Below, piece by piece: positions 1 through 6,822 of a stretch of 64,000 nt of DNA. Every line of letters begins with the position of its first letter. Within the stretch, counting starts at the first letter, position 1. The notes under the pieces were generated by a model. It saw nothing but the letters and a program-made list of their open reading frames with translations. It was not told the origin of the DNA and made no database searches. The stretch covers positions 124,001-188,000 of IMG/VR virus record IMGVR_UViG_3300042402_002564; one strand, 5' to 3'. The translations under genes and the position numbers were made by a program.

Positions 1-15
1 CATCATTATTGAACA

Positions 16-150
16 ATGATTGAAGTTCTTGCCGCTTACGTTGTCGGAATGATGCAGGTTGCACCTAATCTCATTCAGACAGATTACCTCAACGAAGACA
101 AGCAAATCATTTCCGTCACTGAAGTAATCCAAGAGGTTCCACAATCATGA
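16..150 (+). CDS. small hypothetical early protein (44 aa)
   Basis: Hand-read ORF MIEVLAAYVVG...; its stop overlaps the next start (ATGA), typical of coupled early genes. Confidence 0.55.
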   Translation: MIEVLAAYVVGMMQVAPNLIQTDYLNEDKQIISVTEVIQEVPQS

Positions 151-293
151 CACTCACACACCTCAACTATCAAGAGATTGATGCCCTGATGGCAATTCTT
201 GAGAGTAGTGATTGGCATTATCTGACTGAACTTGTGGATGCAGACATTCCGCTTCTGTATGACAAACTCACCGAAATGAGGGATGAACTGTGA
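147..293 (+). CDS. small acidic hypothetical protein (48 aa)
   Basis: Hand-read ORF MTLTHLNYQEIDALMAIL...; overlaps both neighbours (ATGA / GTGA). Confidence 0.6.
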   Translation: MTLTHLNYQEIDALMAILESSDWHYLTELVDADIPLLYDKLTEMRDEL

Positions 294-457
294 CTGAAAC
301 TCTCCGACAGTATCACTTCACTGACGAACAGATTGACTTCCTGATGCGAATTGTGCGGAACAATGCACAATTTGAAGATGGTGAAGACCGTGAGTTCATG
401 GAAGAACTTGCCAATCAAATTGAAGATCAAATCGTCAACCATCCTGACAACGACTGA
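290..457 (+). CDS. small acidic hypothetical protein (55 aa, GTG start)
   Basis: Hand-read ORF (M)TETLRQYHFTDEQIDFLMRIV...; TGATG coupling to the next ORF. Confidence 0.6.
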   Translation: MTETLRQYHFTDEQIDFLMRIVRNNAQFEDGEDREFMEELANQIEDQIVNHPDND

Positions 458-657
458 TGACACCTAACGCACCCTACGGTTGCCAAACCTATAAAGATCT
501 GCTGGTCATGTTACAATCTATGACAGCAGAGCAGTTGGACTGCACTCCTACGGTGTATGATCCTGATGCGGATGAGTATTATCCTATCACCACACTTCTC
601 ACCGCATCTGACACCAACGACGTGTTAGACTCTGATCATCCCTACCTCTCCTTCTGA
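457..657 (+). CDS. hypothetical protein (66 aa)
   Basis: ORF track; TGATG coupling on both sides. Confidence 0.7.
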   Translation: MTPNAPYGCQTYKDLLVMLQSMTAEQLDCTPTVYDPDADEYYPITTLLTASDTNDVLDSDHPYLSF

Positions 658-833
658 TGAACCGTTCTGAACTGCAAGACCAACTCATTCAGCAGATGTT
701 GGATGACATGGATCTCAAGACAATGACCCAACTCTGTTATGATTATCTGGATGAGGGTTATGGTAAGTATTCTGATGAGGAATTGATCACTGAATGTGAA
801 GAATACTACCCCGATTTGCTTGAAAATCAATAA
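657..833 (+). CDS. small acidic hypothetical protein (58 aa)
   Basis: Hand-read ORF MNRSELQDQLIQQMLDDMDLKTM...EEYYPDLLENQ; coupled to the upstream stop. Confidence 0.7.
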   Translation: MNRSELQDQLIQQMLDDMDLKTMTQLCYDYLDEGYGKYSDEELITECEEYYPDLLENQ

Positions 834-939
834 AGTATAAATTATTACAGGATGGGTTGGTATCCTGATTGTCACCGATACCATAAAACTCTACAGAGTC
901 TTTCCCGTCCTACCCAATCCCTGAACTGGCACAGACCCC

Positions 940-968
940 TTGACAGGGTGCCAGGAATCGCTTAATCT
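940..968 (+). promoter_or_regulatory. sigma70-type early promoter
   Basis: TTGACA(940-945)-N17-TAATCT(963-968); -35 flanked by inverted repeat CTGGCAC/GTGCCAG; leader hairpin at 979-998. Confidence 0.75.
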
Positions 969-1038
969 AAGAAAACAAGCGGGGGTGAAGCATCCCGCTC
1001 AAAACACTTCACTCAAACCCTTACAATGTGATTTAATT

Positions 1039-1266
1039 ATGTCTCAGTTCGCTTTTACTTCTTCCGCCATCGAAAGCATCTCTGATGTGAATGATGGTAA
1101 AGTGACTATCACCTTCAACGGTGGTCGTGAGTATACCTACGGTGTGCAAGATGTTGAGATGTTCGTGTCTCAACTGAGCACCGTGATTGCCGAACAGCAG
1201 TCCGTGGGTCGTTTTGTAAATAATGCTATCAAAACGGAACAACTGCTCGCAGTGACCGCCGCCTGA
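1039..1266 (+). CDS. KTSC-domain-like protein
   Basis: SSAIESI...VTITFNGGREYTY...SVGRFVNNAIK matches the KTSC pattern (SS.I..+.Y, F..G..Y.Y, S.G.++N..IK); start moved to ATG 1039 downstream of the promoter. Confidence 0.7.
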   Translation: MSQFAFTSSAIESISDVNDGKVTITFNGGREYTYGVQDVEMFVSQLSTVIAEQQSVGRFVNNAIKTEQLLAVTAA

Positions 1267-1319
1267 TAGTATAATACGGGGGGAGGCAACTCCTCCCATC
1301 ACACTACTCCCAAAGAACA

Positions 1320-1484
1320 ATGACTGATTACTTCGACCCTAACGAACAGTTTTCAATCCTTGATCTTATTGATGATTCACAACCTTATGAAGATTTCTCT
1401 CCTGAGGTTAGACAAATGCTTAACGAAGTTGAGTATTACGATGACTACTCTTATGGGGTAGAAGTCGATAATGATTACGACTAA
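1320..1484 (+). CDS. very acidic small hypothetical protein (54 aa)
   Basis: Hand-read ORF MTDYFDPNEQFSILDLIDD...; follows a hairpin plus C/A-rich leader. Confidence 0.55.
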   Translation: MTDYFDPNEQFSILDLIDDSQPYEDFSPEVRQMLNEVEYYDDYSYGVEVDNDYD

Positions 1485-1543
1485 TCTCGACTAGTTAATC
1501 ATCATAATCTCGTCGAGATCACGTCATTAAATCTCGACGAGAT
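1484..1543. repeat. three copies of a 13-bp palindrome ATCTCGWCGAGAT
   Basis: ATCTCGACTAGTT 1484-1496, ATCTCGTCGAGAT 1507-1519, ATCTCGACGAGAT 1531-1543; spacing 23 and 24 bp; intergenic. Confidence 0.85.
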
Positions 1544-1578
1544 ACGCACACAAATCACTTGAAATTCTTCTCTTTAAC

Positions 1579-1713
1579 ATGGAAAATCGTTCGCTCCTGC
1601 TTTCGCTTCTTCGTAAAGGTCAAACTGGTGAAGAAATTCTCCAGATTCTGGAAACTATCATTGGCAGCGATGATGATAGTGATGGTCCTACCCTAAACCC
1701 CATCGATTTCTGA
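1579..1713 (+). CDS. small hypothetical protein (44 aa)
   Basis: Hand-read ORF MENRSLLLSLLRKGQTGEEILQILETII... Confidence 0.6.
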   Translation: MENRSLLLSLLRKGQTGEEILQILETIIGSDDDSDGPTLNPIDF

Positions 1714-1717
1714 TACA

Positions 1718-1906
1718 ATGGAAACTGCATTTGTGACACCCGTATCTAAGAAAGCAAAAAACCGTTTTGCTAATCTTATGGGTGGACTTGATGAGTGTAT
1801 TGTAGAACAACACAAAGGAGACAAAGTGTTCCTCACAAGTGCAAACGGTAAAAACCATTTCTGGGTTAACATTAACAAAGATCCAGACTGGATTGTAGAG
1901 TTCTAA
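1718..1906 (+). CDS. hypothetical protein (62 aa)
   Basis: ORF track; co-oriented with neighbours; followed by a terminator. Confidence 0.75.
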   Translation: METAFVTPVSKKAKNRFANLMGGLDECIVEQHKGDKVFLTSANGKNHFWVNINKDPDWIVEF

Positions 1907-1917
1907 GATTATACCAT

Positions 1918-1943
1918 CCCCCGCCAAGTGCGGGGGTTTTTTT
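1918..1943 (+). terminator. intrinsic terminator
   Basis: CCCCCGC-CAAGT-GCGGGGG followed by T7. Confidence 0.85.
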
Positions 1944-2068
1944 ATACTTTATAGTATGCTTCCCACCCCTCCCGCCCTCTAGCGTAGGGGCGATGCCCCC
2001 CTGAAGTCAACCCCTGAGCCATAAGCATTTCTGATGCAACCCATAAGCGAGACTGATAGGAAAACCCG

Positions 2069-2096
2069 TTGCAGGGTGCCGCCGATGCTGTAGGAT
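2069..2096 (+). promoter_or_regulatory. putative early promoter
   Basis: TTGCAG-N16-TAGGAT; shares CTGTAGGAT with the modules at 2774 and 3503. Confidence 0.5.
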
Positions 2097-2119
2097 TCTG
2101 GCAACGCCAACCCACCCCC

Positions 2120-2734
2120 ATGGCACACACCGACTCCATCATCGCCACCTATTTCCAGAGCAACACTCTGGATCGCCAGACTGGTGCCCAATGGTATAAC
2201 AACGCTTATGGCGTTTGTGTTACTTTGGGTGAAAAGTATGGTGTCCATTCTGACATCGTTGCAGGTGTTATCGCTGCACTTTCTCCTAACAACAAATGGG
2301 AGAGAAATGTAGAGGATGCTGAGGCAATGATCAAAGCATGGGCATACGAAATCTCCTATGATTCGGTTGCAGTTTGTTCCTACTCTGCCAACAAAGACAA
2401 GGCACAAACTATTCTCGATTTGCAACTTAATCGTGAGCAGATTGTTAAAGTTTTGCGTGGCAACAAAACTATTGCTTTCTTCCTTTGTATTGCTAACAAT
2501 GGTGATAGCGATTCTCCCTGCATTGATGGTCACGCTTACAACATTTGGAACGGAACTGTAACTAACCTGAAAGAGGTTCCTTCTATGTCAGACAAGACTT
2601 TCCGCATGATTCAAGATGCCTACCGTGACGCCGCTAAGTTAATCTCTGAGGTGACGGGTTTGCATTATTCAGCGGCACAAGTGCAAGCGATCACCTGGGT
2701 TACGTATCGCAGGATACACAAAAACCTAGTGTGA
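2120..2734 (+). CDS. DUF7178-like phage protein, possible HhH-glycosylase-like fold
   Basis: Motifs G..WY, AGVIAALSP...W..N, K...F..CI, CIDGHA, QVQAITW; ATG 2120 preferred over the TTG inside the promoter. Confidence 0.7.
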   Translation: MAHTDSIIATYFQSNTLDRQTGAQWYNNAYGVCVTLGEKYGVHSDIVAGVIAALSPNNKWERNVEDAEAMIKAWAYEISYDSVAVCSYSANKDKAQTILDLQLNREQIVKVLRGNKTIAFFLCIANNGDSDSPCIDGHAYNIWNGTVTNLKEVPSMSDKTFRMIQDAYRDAAKLISEVTGLHYSAAQVQAITWVTYRRIHKNLV

Positions 2735-2773
2735 CGGATTGTTACAGGGGCATCGCTGGCGATGCCCCCCATG

Positions 2774-2810
2774 CTGTAGGATACTCTCAAGCGGGGCAAA
2801 CGGACCCCGC
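2774..2810 (+). repeat. 37-bp promoter(-10)/leader stem-loop repeat, copy 1
   Basis: CTGTAGGATACTCTCAAGCGGGGCAAACGGACCCCGC; second copy at 3503-3539 with two compensatory changes. Confidence 0.9.
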
Positions 2811-2827
2811 ACAATCGGAAACCCGAA

Positions 2828-2998
2828 ATGTTCACTTCCTGGTCTGCTGCTCCTAAAGGCACTGGCATGGATCACCTGGAATTTTTCACCAGTGAAGAAC
2901 ACGCCGTAGATGTTGCCTACGATTGGAGTATTGAACTCGGTGGCAAACCCATTGTAATCTACTGTAACGAACAGGAATGGATGGAAATCACCGCCTGA
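2828..2998 (+). CDS. small hypothetical protein (56 aa)
   Basis: Hand-read ORF MFTSWSAAPKG...AVDVAYDWSIELGGKPIVIY; directly downstream of repeat copy 1. Confidence 0.7.
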   Translation: MFTSWSAAPKGTGMDHLEFFTSEEHAVDVAYDWSIELGGKPIVIYCNEQEWMEITA

Positions 2999-3049
2999 TT
3001 TGAAACACTTAGGGGGAGAAATCCCCCTCCCATTCTTCACTCTGAAACA

Positions 3050-3220
3050 ATGAAATTCGGTGCAATTGGTGTAACGATTCGCTACCAAACTCCCTACAAT
3101 TCTTGTGAATGGAGAGAGCAAACGTTTGCTACAATTGATGAGGCAAACCGCATGGTAGATTTCTATCGTTCCTGTGGTTCTCCCGCTGAGGTTGTTACTT
3201 TCCGTGAGGCACAAAAATGA
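3050..3220 (+). CDS. small hypothetical protein (56 aa)
   Basis: Hand-read ORF MKFGAIGVTIRYQTPYNSCEWREQTF...MVDFYRSCGSPAE; follows a GAAA hairpin. Confidence 0.7.
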   Translation: MKFGAIGVTIRYQTPYNSCEWREQTFATIDEANRMVDFYRSCGSPAEVVTFREAQK

Positions 3221-3327
3221 AAACATTTGCCCTCATTTTTGCGGTTATGTTTTTAATGTCTCCAGCAGTTAGAAACACTACCGCGAACACTTTACACACC
3301 GCTGCCACCATCATTTCAGCAGAATGA
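3217..3327 (+). CDS. small hydrophobic peptide (36 aa)
   Basis: MKTFALIFAVMFLMSPAVRN...; ATGA-coupled on both sides. Confidence 0.55.
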   Translation: MKTFALIFAVMFLMSPAVRNTTANTLHTAATIISAE

Positions 3328-3491
3328 CACACTATCCCTCCCGCCTTCGTTTCAAACTACCTGCCGAAAGAATCGCTGAGCTGGTAGAAAAGAATTGCAC
3401 CGTCCTAAGTGATAGTGAATGGATGCAATTTTTTGAAGAAATCAACATTATTTCGGATTGTAACGAAACGCCCGAACTGGTCACCCCCTGA
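3324..3491 (+). CDS. small hypothetical protein (55 aa)
   Basis: Hand-read ORF MTHYPSRLRFKLPAERIAELVE...; coupled start. Confidence 0.5.
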   Translation: MTHYPSRLRFKLPAERIAELVEKNCTVLSDSEWMQFFEEINIISDCNETPELVTP

Positions 3492-3502
3492 CCCCCCTGA
3501 CC

Positions 3503-3539
3503 CTGTAGGATACTCTCAAGCGAGGCAAACGGACCTCGC
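3503..3539 (+). repeat. 37-bp promoter(-10)/leader stem-loop repeat, copy 2
   Basis: CTGTAGGATACTCTCAAGCGAGGCAAACGGACCTCGC. Confidence 0.9.
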
Positions 3540-3557
3540 CCAACCCACACCAGACCG

Positions 3558-3818
3558 ATGCTCGCATCCATCATCCGCACCGCCATCCGCACCCGCCTGA
3601 TCAACGATGGCCCCCAGACCTGCTCCGACCTTGTGCGGGCAATGGGTTTGGATCCTCGCCGTCACAAGGGCACCATCCACGCCCTTATGGTCGATCTGGA
3701 AAAGGCAGGCACCCTGTCCGCCACCCGTTCCGATAATGGCAAGCGGGATCTGTGGTTTGTGAACTTTGAGCAAATCCGCAAGCGGGACCGCATCATCGCC
3801 GCCCTCTCTGGAGTGTGA
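3558..3818 (+). CDS. winged helix-turn-helix DNA-binding protein
   Basis: GPQTCSDLVRAMGL...TIHALMVDLEKAGTL...GKRDLW fits the wHTH pattern (helix-turn-helix, L..LE..G.+, wing). Confidence 0.7.
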   Translation: MLASIIRTAIRTRLINDGPQTCSDLVRAMGLDPRRHKGTIHALMVDLEKAGTLSATRSDNGKRDLWFVNFEQIRKRDRIIAALSGV

Positions 3819-3890
3819 ACGATTGTTAACGGGGGCACGATAGGGTGCCCCCACCCTGTAGAATTTAAAAGTCAACACGGGACACACCCC

Positions 3891-4130
3891 ATGACCGCCT
3901 ACGCTTTCACCGACCGCCAGCAGATTGACGAAAATCCTAAAGTCGATTTCGTCGATACTGTTACCGTCAACCTGAAAGTTTCGCCCCGCGAACTTAAGTT
4001 AATGTGTGATGCGTTGATTGAATCTGACCGCTATATGTGTCAGGAAGGCAAACTACAATCGGCAGATCTCCGCCGATGGGATGCAATCCTCGATTATATT
4101 AAGGATCGGGCATTCAACGACGCTTACTGA
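3891..4130 (+). CDS. hypothetical protein (79 aa)
   Basis: ORF track; preceded by an inverted repeat plus CTGTAGAAT -10-like element. Confidence 0.7.
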   Translation: MTAYAFTDRQQIDENPKVDFVDTVTVNLKVSPRELKLMCDALIESDRYMCQEGKLQSADLRRWDAILDYIKDRAFNDAY

Positions 4131-4180
4131 TACAATCGGGGGGAGAAATCCCCCCTTCTCAAACCACCTCACCTAGAACC

Positions 4181-4507
4181 ATGTTCCCCACCGTTCTTCT
4201 CAACAATCCGATGATTGAAAAGTATAACGAACTGCGTCAGGAAGTTCTTTCTAACGACACTGTGCAGCAGGTTCTTTATACTCTCGCCACCGTGCTAGGT
4301 GTTATCGTTGGTGTCACCCTTTGGTGTTACAAACGCATTGCACAATGGTATAACGAAGGTGGCAAAGATTCTTTCTACTTTGGTATCAACACCAGGGCAG
4401 GAAAGGATGATGAACAGTTCGGCATTGGTATATTCAAACTCTACGTGGGTTTGTATAACAATGTCCTACACATTGGGTTCACAGATCACAATGGGTGCCT
4501 GCCCTAA
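4181..4507 (+). CDS. hypothetical membrane protein
   Basis: ORF track; hydrophobic segment VLYTLATVLGVIVGVTLWCY. Confidence 0.6.
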   Translation: MFPTVLLNNPMIEKYNELRQEVLSNDTVQQVLYTLATVLGVIVGVTLWCYKRIAQWYNEGGKDSFYFGINTRAGKDDEQFGIGIFKLYVGLYNNVLHIGFTDHNGCLP

Positions 4508-4549
4508 GTGACACTTATGGGGTGCTGAGTTCTTTATACTTAGCACCCC
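4505..4549. repeat. adjacent palindrome and 12-bp inverted repeat
   Basis: TAAGTG-A-CACTTA (4505-4517); GGGGTGCTGAGT-N7-ACTTAGCACCCC (4519-4549). Confidence 0.8.
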
Positions 4550-4928
4550 TACATTCGTGCGTAAGTGTAAATGTGACAGTCTGTGACAGACAGTTGACGG
4601 TATAACGGTATCGTGATAACGGCGGGCCGTGCCCCCTACCCCCCCCTTAGCTAAAATTGATGACTCCCCTAACCTACAGAGGTGACAAAACGAGTGAGTG
4701 ATTTCATGTTCATAAGAAAAAATTTTACAGAAAAATTTCGCCTCATAAGGTCGATAAAAACCCTCACAAGGGTCTCCGAGAATCCTCACATAAGTATCCG
4801 TATGCAACTAAAGTATGTTATAATGTGTCTCCGAGAGTCTCTATGGATTCTCATATCACACGCCCTTAAAAATTTTTCGAGGGGTCTCAAAGGGGTGATA
4901 TATAGTGATGTAATGAGAAGGTGGTGAG

Positions 4929-5093
4929 ATGGACGACAAAATCTATCACATTTATAACAAAGAGAATCAGTGTGTATCTCCATGTTTATCTGAGGAAGAA
5001 TTCAGTGATACATGGAAAGAACTCACAGAAGATTCTTATGAATATGAAGAACTCGAAGCTTCTTATTCAAAGCAAGAGGAAGCGTCTTATTGA
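4929..5093 (+). CDS. small acidic hypothetical protein (54 aa)
   Basis: Hand-read ORF MDDKIYHIYNKENQCVSPCLSEEEF...EEASY, more protein-like than the overlapping track ORF 4921-5115. Confidence 0.65.
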   Translation: MDDKIYHIYNKENQCVSPCLSEEEFSDTWKELTEDSYEYEELEASYSKQEEASY

Positions 5094-5118
5094 CAACTTC
5101 CAAATAAAACGATAAAAT
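5090..5118 (+). promoter_or_regulatory. sigma70-type promoter for the glycosyltransferase-like gene
   Basis: TTGACA(5090-5095)-N17-TAAAAT(5113-5118). Confidence 0.75.
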
Positions 5119-5141
5119 TGATCTGAAGGTACTTTAAACTT

Positions 5142-5909
5142 ATGGCAAAAGGATTCACAGTAAAGGCCACTGCCCCTACAAAACCAAAGGAGGAGTGGGA
5201 CTATGAAGCAATTAAAGAACGAATGAGGGGGAAGAGCATTGTTTTTTGCCTCCCAGGTCGTGGATGTTCTTATACATTCCTAAAAGCATTTGTACAACTT
5301 TGTTTTGATCTTGTACAAAACGGAATGGCAATTCAAATTTCTCAAGATTATTCTTCGATGGTAAACTTTGCACGTTGCAAAGTTCTTGGTGCAAACGTTC
5401 TCAGAGGTCCGAAGCAAGTTCCCTGGGATGGTAAACTACAATATGATTATCAACTCTGGATTGATAATGACATTGTGTTTAACTCAGAAAAGTTCTGGCA
5501 ACTGTGTGACCTCGCAGTTCCCGCAGAAGGAGATGAAAAAGAAATCGTTGCTGGATGGTATGCAACCGAAGATGGTCACACAACCTCAGTTGCTCACTGG
5601 TTAGAAGAAGATGATTTCCGTCGTAACGGTGGAGTCATGAATCATGAAACCGTTGAATCGATTCAGAAGCGTCGTAAACCATTTACAGTTGACTACACTG
5701 GATTTGGTTGGGTTATGATTCGTAAAGGTGTATTTGAGCGTCTTGAATATCCTTGGTTCGCTCCTAAGATGCAAGTCTTTGAATCTGGGGCAGTACAAGA
5801 TATGTGTGGAGAGGATGTGTCGTTCTGTCTCGATGCAAAAGAGGCAGGCATTGAAACATGGTGTGACCCACGAATTCGTGTTGGACACGAGAAGACTCGC
5901 GTTATCTGA
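5142..5909 (+). CDS. GT-A fold glycosyltransferase-like protein
   Basis: ARC..L, YDYQLWIDNDI (DxD), TGFGWVMIRKGVFE, GEDVSFC, VGHEK motifs. Confidence 0.8.
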   Translation: MAKGFTVKATAPTKPKEEWDYEAIKERMRGKSIVFCLPGRGCSYTFLKAFVQLCFDLVQNGMAIQISQDYSSMVNFARCKVLGANVLRGPKQVPWDGKLQYDYQLWIDNDIVFNSEKFWQLCDLAVPAEGDEKEIVAGWYATEDGHTTSVAHWLEEDDFRRNGGVMNHETVESIQKRRKPFTVDYTGFGWVMIRKGVFERLEYPWFAPKMQVFESGAVQDMCGEDVSFCLDAKEAGIETWCDPRIRVGHEKTRVI

Positions 5910-6064
5910 TGAAGAGGTTTAATGTAATTTTTAGAGGTGAGGTATTGGCAGCGAATCTTTCATATGAAGATGCTGCTGATGCCCTTCACGAACTTGCATT
6001 AAAATACTTTGAATCTTATGATAACTTTAATCCTGAAGATATAACAATGGAGGAACTTGACTAA
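5909..6064 (+). CDS. small hypothetical protein (51 aa)
   Basis: Hand-read ORF MKRFNVIFRGEVLAANLSYEDA...; TGATG and TAATG coupling. Confidence 0.65.
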   Translation: MKRFNVIFRGEVLAANLSYEDAADALHELALKYFESYDNFNPEDITMEELD

Positions 6065-6210
6065 TGGCTATTAAAAAATCTCTGAGTGGCAATAAGTTTG
6101 TACTTGAATCCACACCCAAAAAGTCTCGACAAGGTGATGGTAAACATACTAAGTATGCCGCTACGTCTCGCAATAAAGCTCGTAAAAGGTACAGGGGACA
6201 AGGAAATTAA
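6064..6210 (+). CDS. small highly basic protein (48 aa)
   Basis: MAIKKS...PKKSRQGDGKHTKYAATSRNKARKRYRGQGN; the KRYRGQG ending is recalled from proteins near gp25 in T4-like cyanophages. Confidence 0.75.
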   Translation: MAIKKSLSGNKFVLESTPKKSRQGDGKHTKYAATSRNKARKRYRGQGN

Positions 6211-6213
6211 TCG

Positions 6214-6822
6214 ATGTATCTCTTAGACTCACAAGAAGAATGGAAGAATATCCACGATTCTGATTTGTGGGTCTATAATAAACTTTTTTTAAGTCGGATG
6301 TTAGGATATAACTGTGGGCCTGTTGGGGTTCCAGTTCCTAAATCCGACTTTTATATTATTCGCCCGTCTTTTAATTTACTAGGCATGGGGCGTTTCGCTC
6401 GAATAGAATGGATAGAACAATATACAGAACATATACATCCTTCAGAGTTTTGGTGTGAAGTATTTGAAGGAGAACATATTAGTATAGACTACAAGAATAA
6501 GTATCCAGAATTAGTTGTATTAGGCACAAAAGATTCTAAAGACCCATTATACAAATGGAGTAAATGGGAGAAGGTTGATAGATTCATAGAATTTCCATCA
6601 ATTTTAAATGGTCTCAAGGGGAATTATGAATATATTAACTGTGAATTTATAGGTAATAAACTAATAGAAGTTCACTTTAGAAGAAATCCTGACTTTAGAT
6701 ATGGGAATAATGTTGCTATTCCTATTTGGAATGACCAAGATATTAAAGAAGTAGATAATTATAACTATATTAGAGACGAAGATTATCGTCGAAAAGGTTT
6801 TTTAATTGATAACACGGGATAG
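6214..6822 (+). CDS. hypothetical protein, possible minimal ATP-grasp-like fold
   Basis: YIIRP...GMG, FWCEVFEGEHISID, NCEFIGNKLIEVHFR resemble ATP-grasp motifs; fold call is inference. Confidence 0.6.
   Translation: MYLLDSQEEWKNIHDSDLWVYNKLFLSRMLGYNCGPVGVPVPKSDFYIIRPSFNLLGMGRFARIEWIEQYTEHIHPSEFWCEVFEGEHISIDYKNKYPELVVLGTKDSKDPLYKWSKWEKVDRFIEFPSILNGLKGNYEYINCEFIGNKLIEVHFRRNPDFRYGNNVAIPIWNDQDIKEVDNYNYIRDEDYRRKGFLIDNTG

Noticed and set aside
1484-1543. Mini-CRISPR interpretation of the palindrome array
   Set aside because: Repeats of 13 bp and spacers of 10-11 bp are far too short, and there are no cas genes.
4682-4927. 81-aa plus-strand ORF
   Set aside because: Overlaps the repeat-rich junction and has no recognisable features; cannot be supported or excluded, so it is not listed as a CDS.
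218-4983. Minus-strand ORFs in the early region (e.g. 1979-2533, 2726-3226, 3516-3887, 4466-4807)
   Set aside because: They are shadows of coupled plus-strand genes or span regulatory repeats, and have no recognisable motifs.
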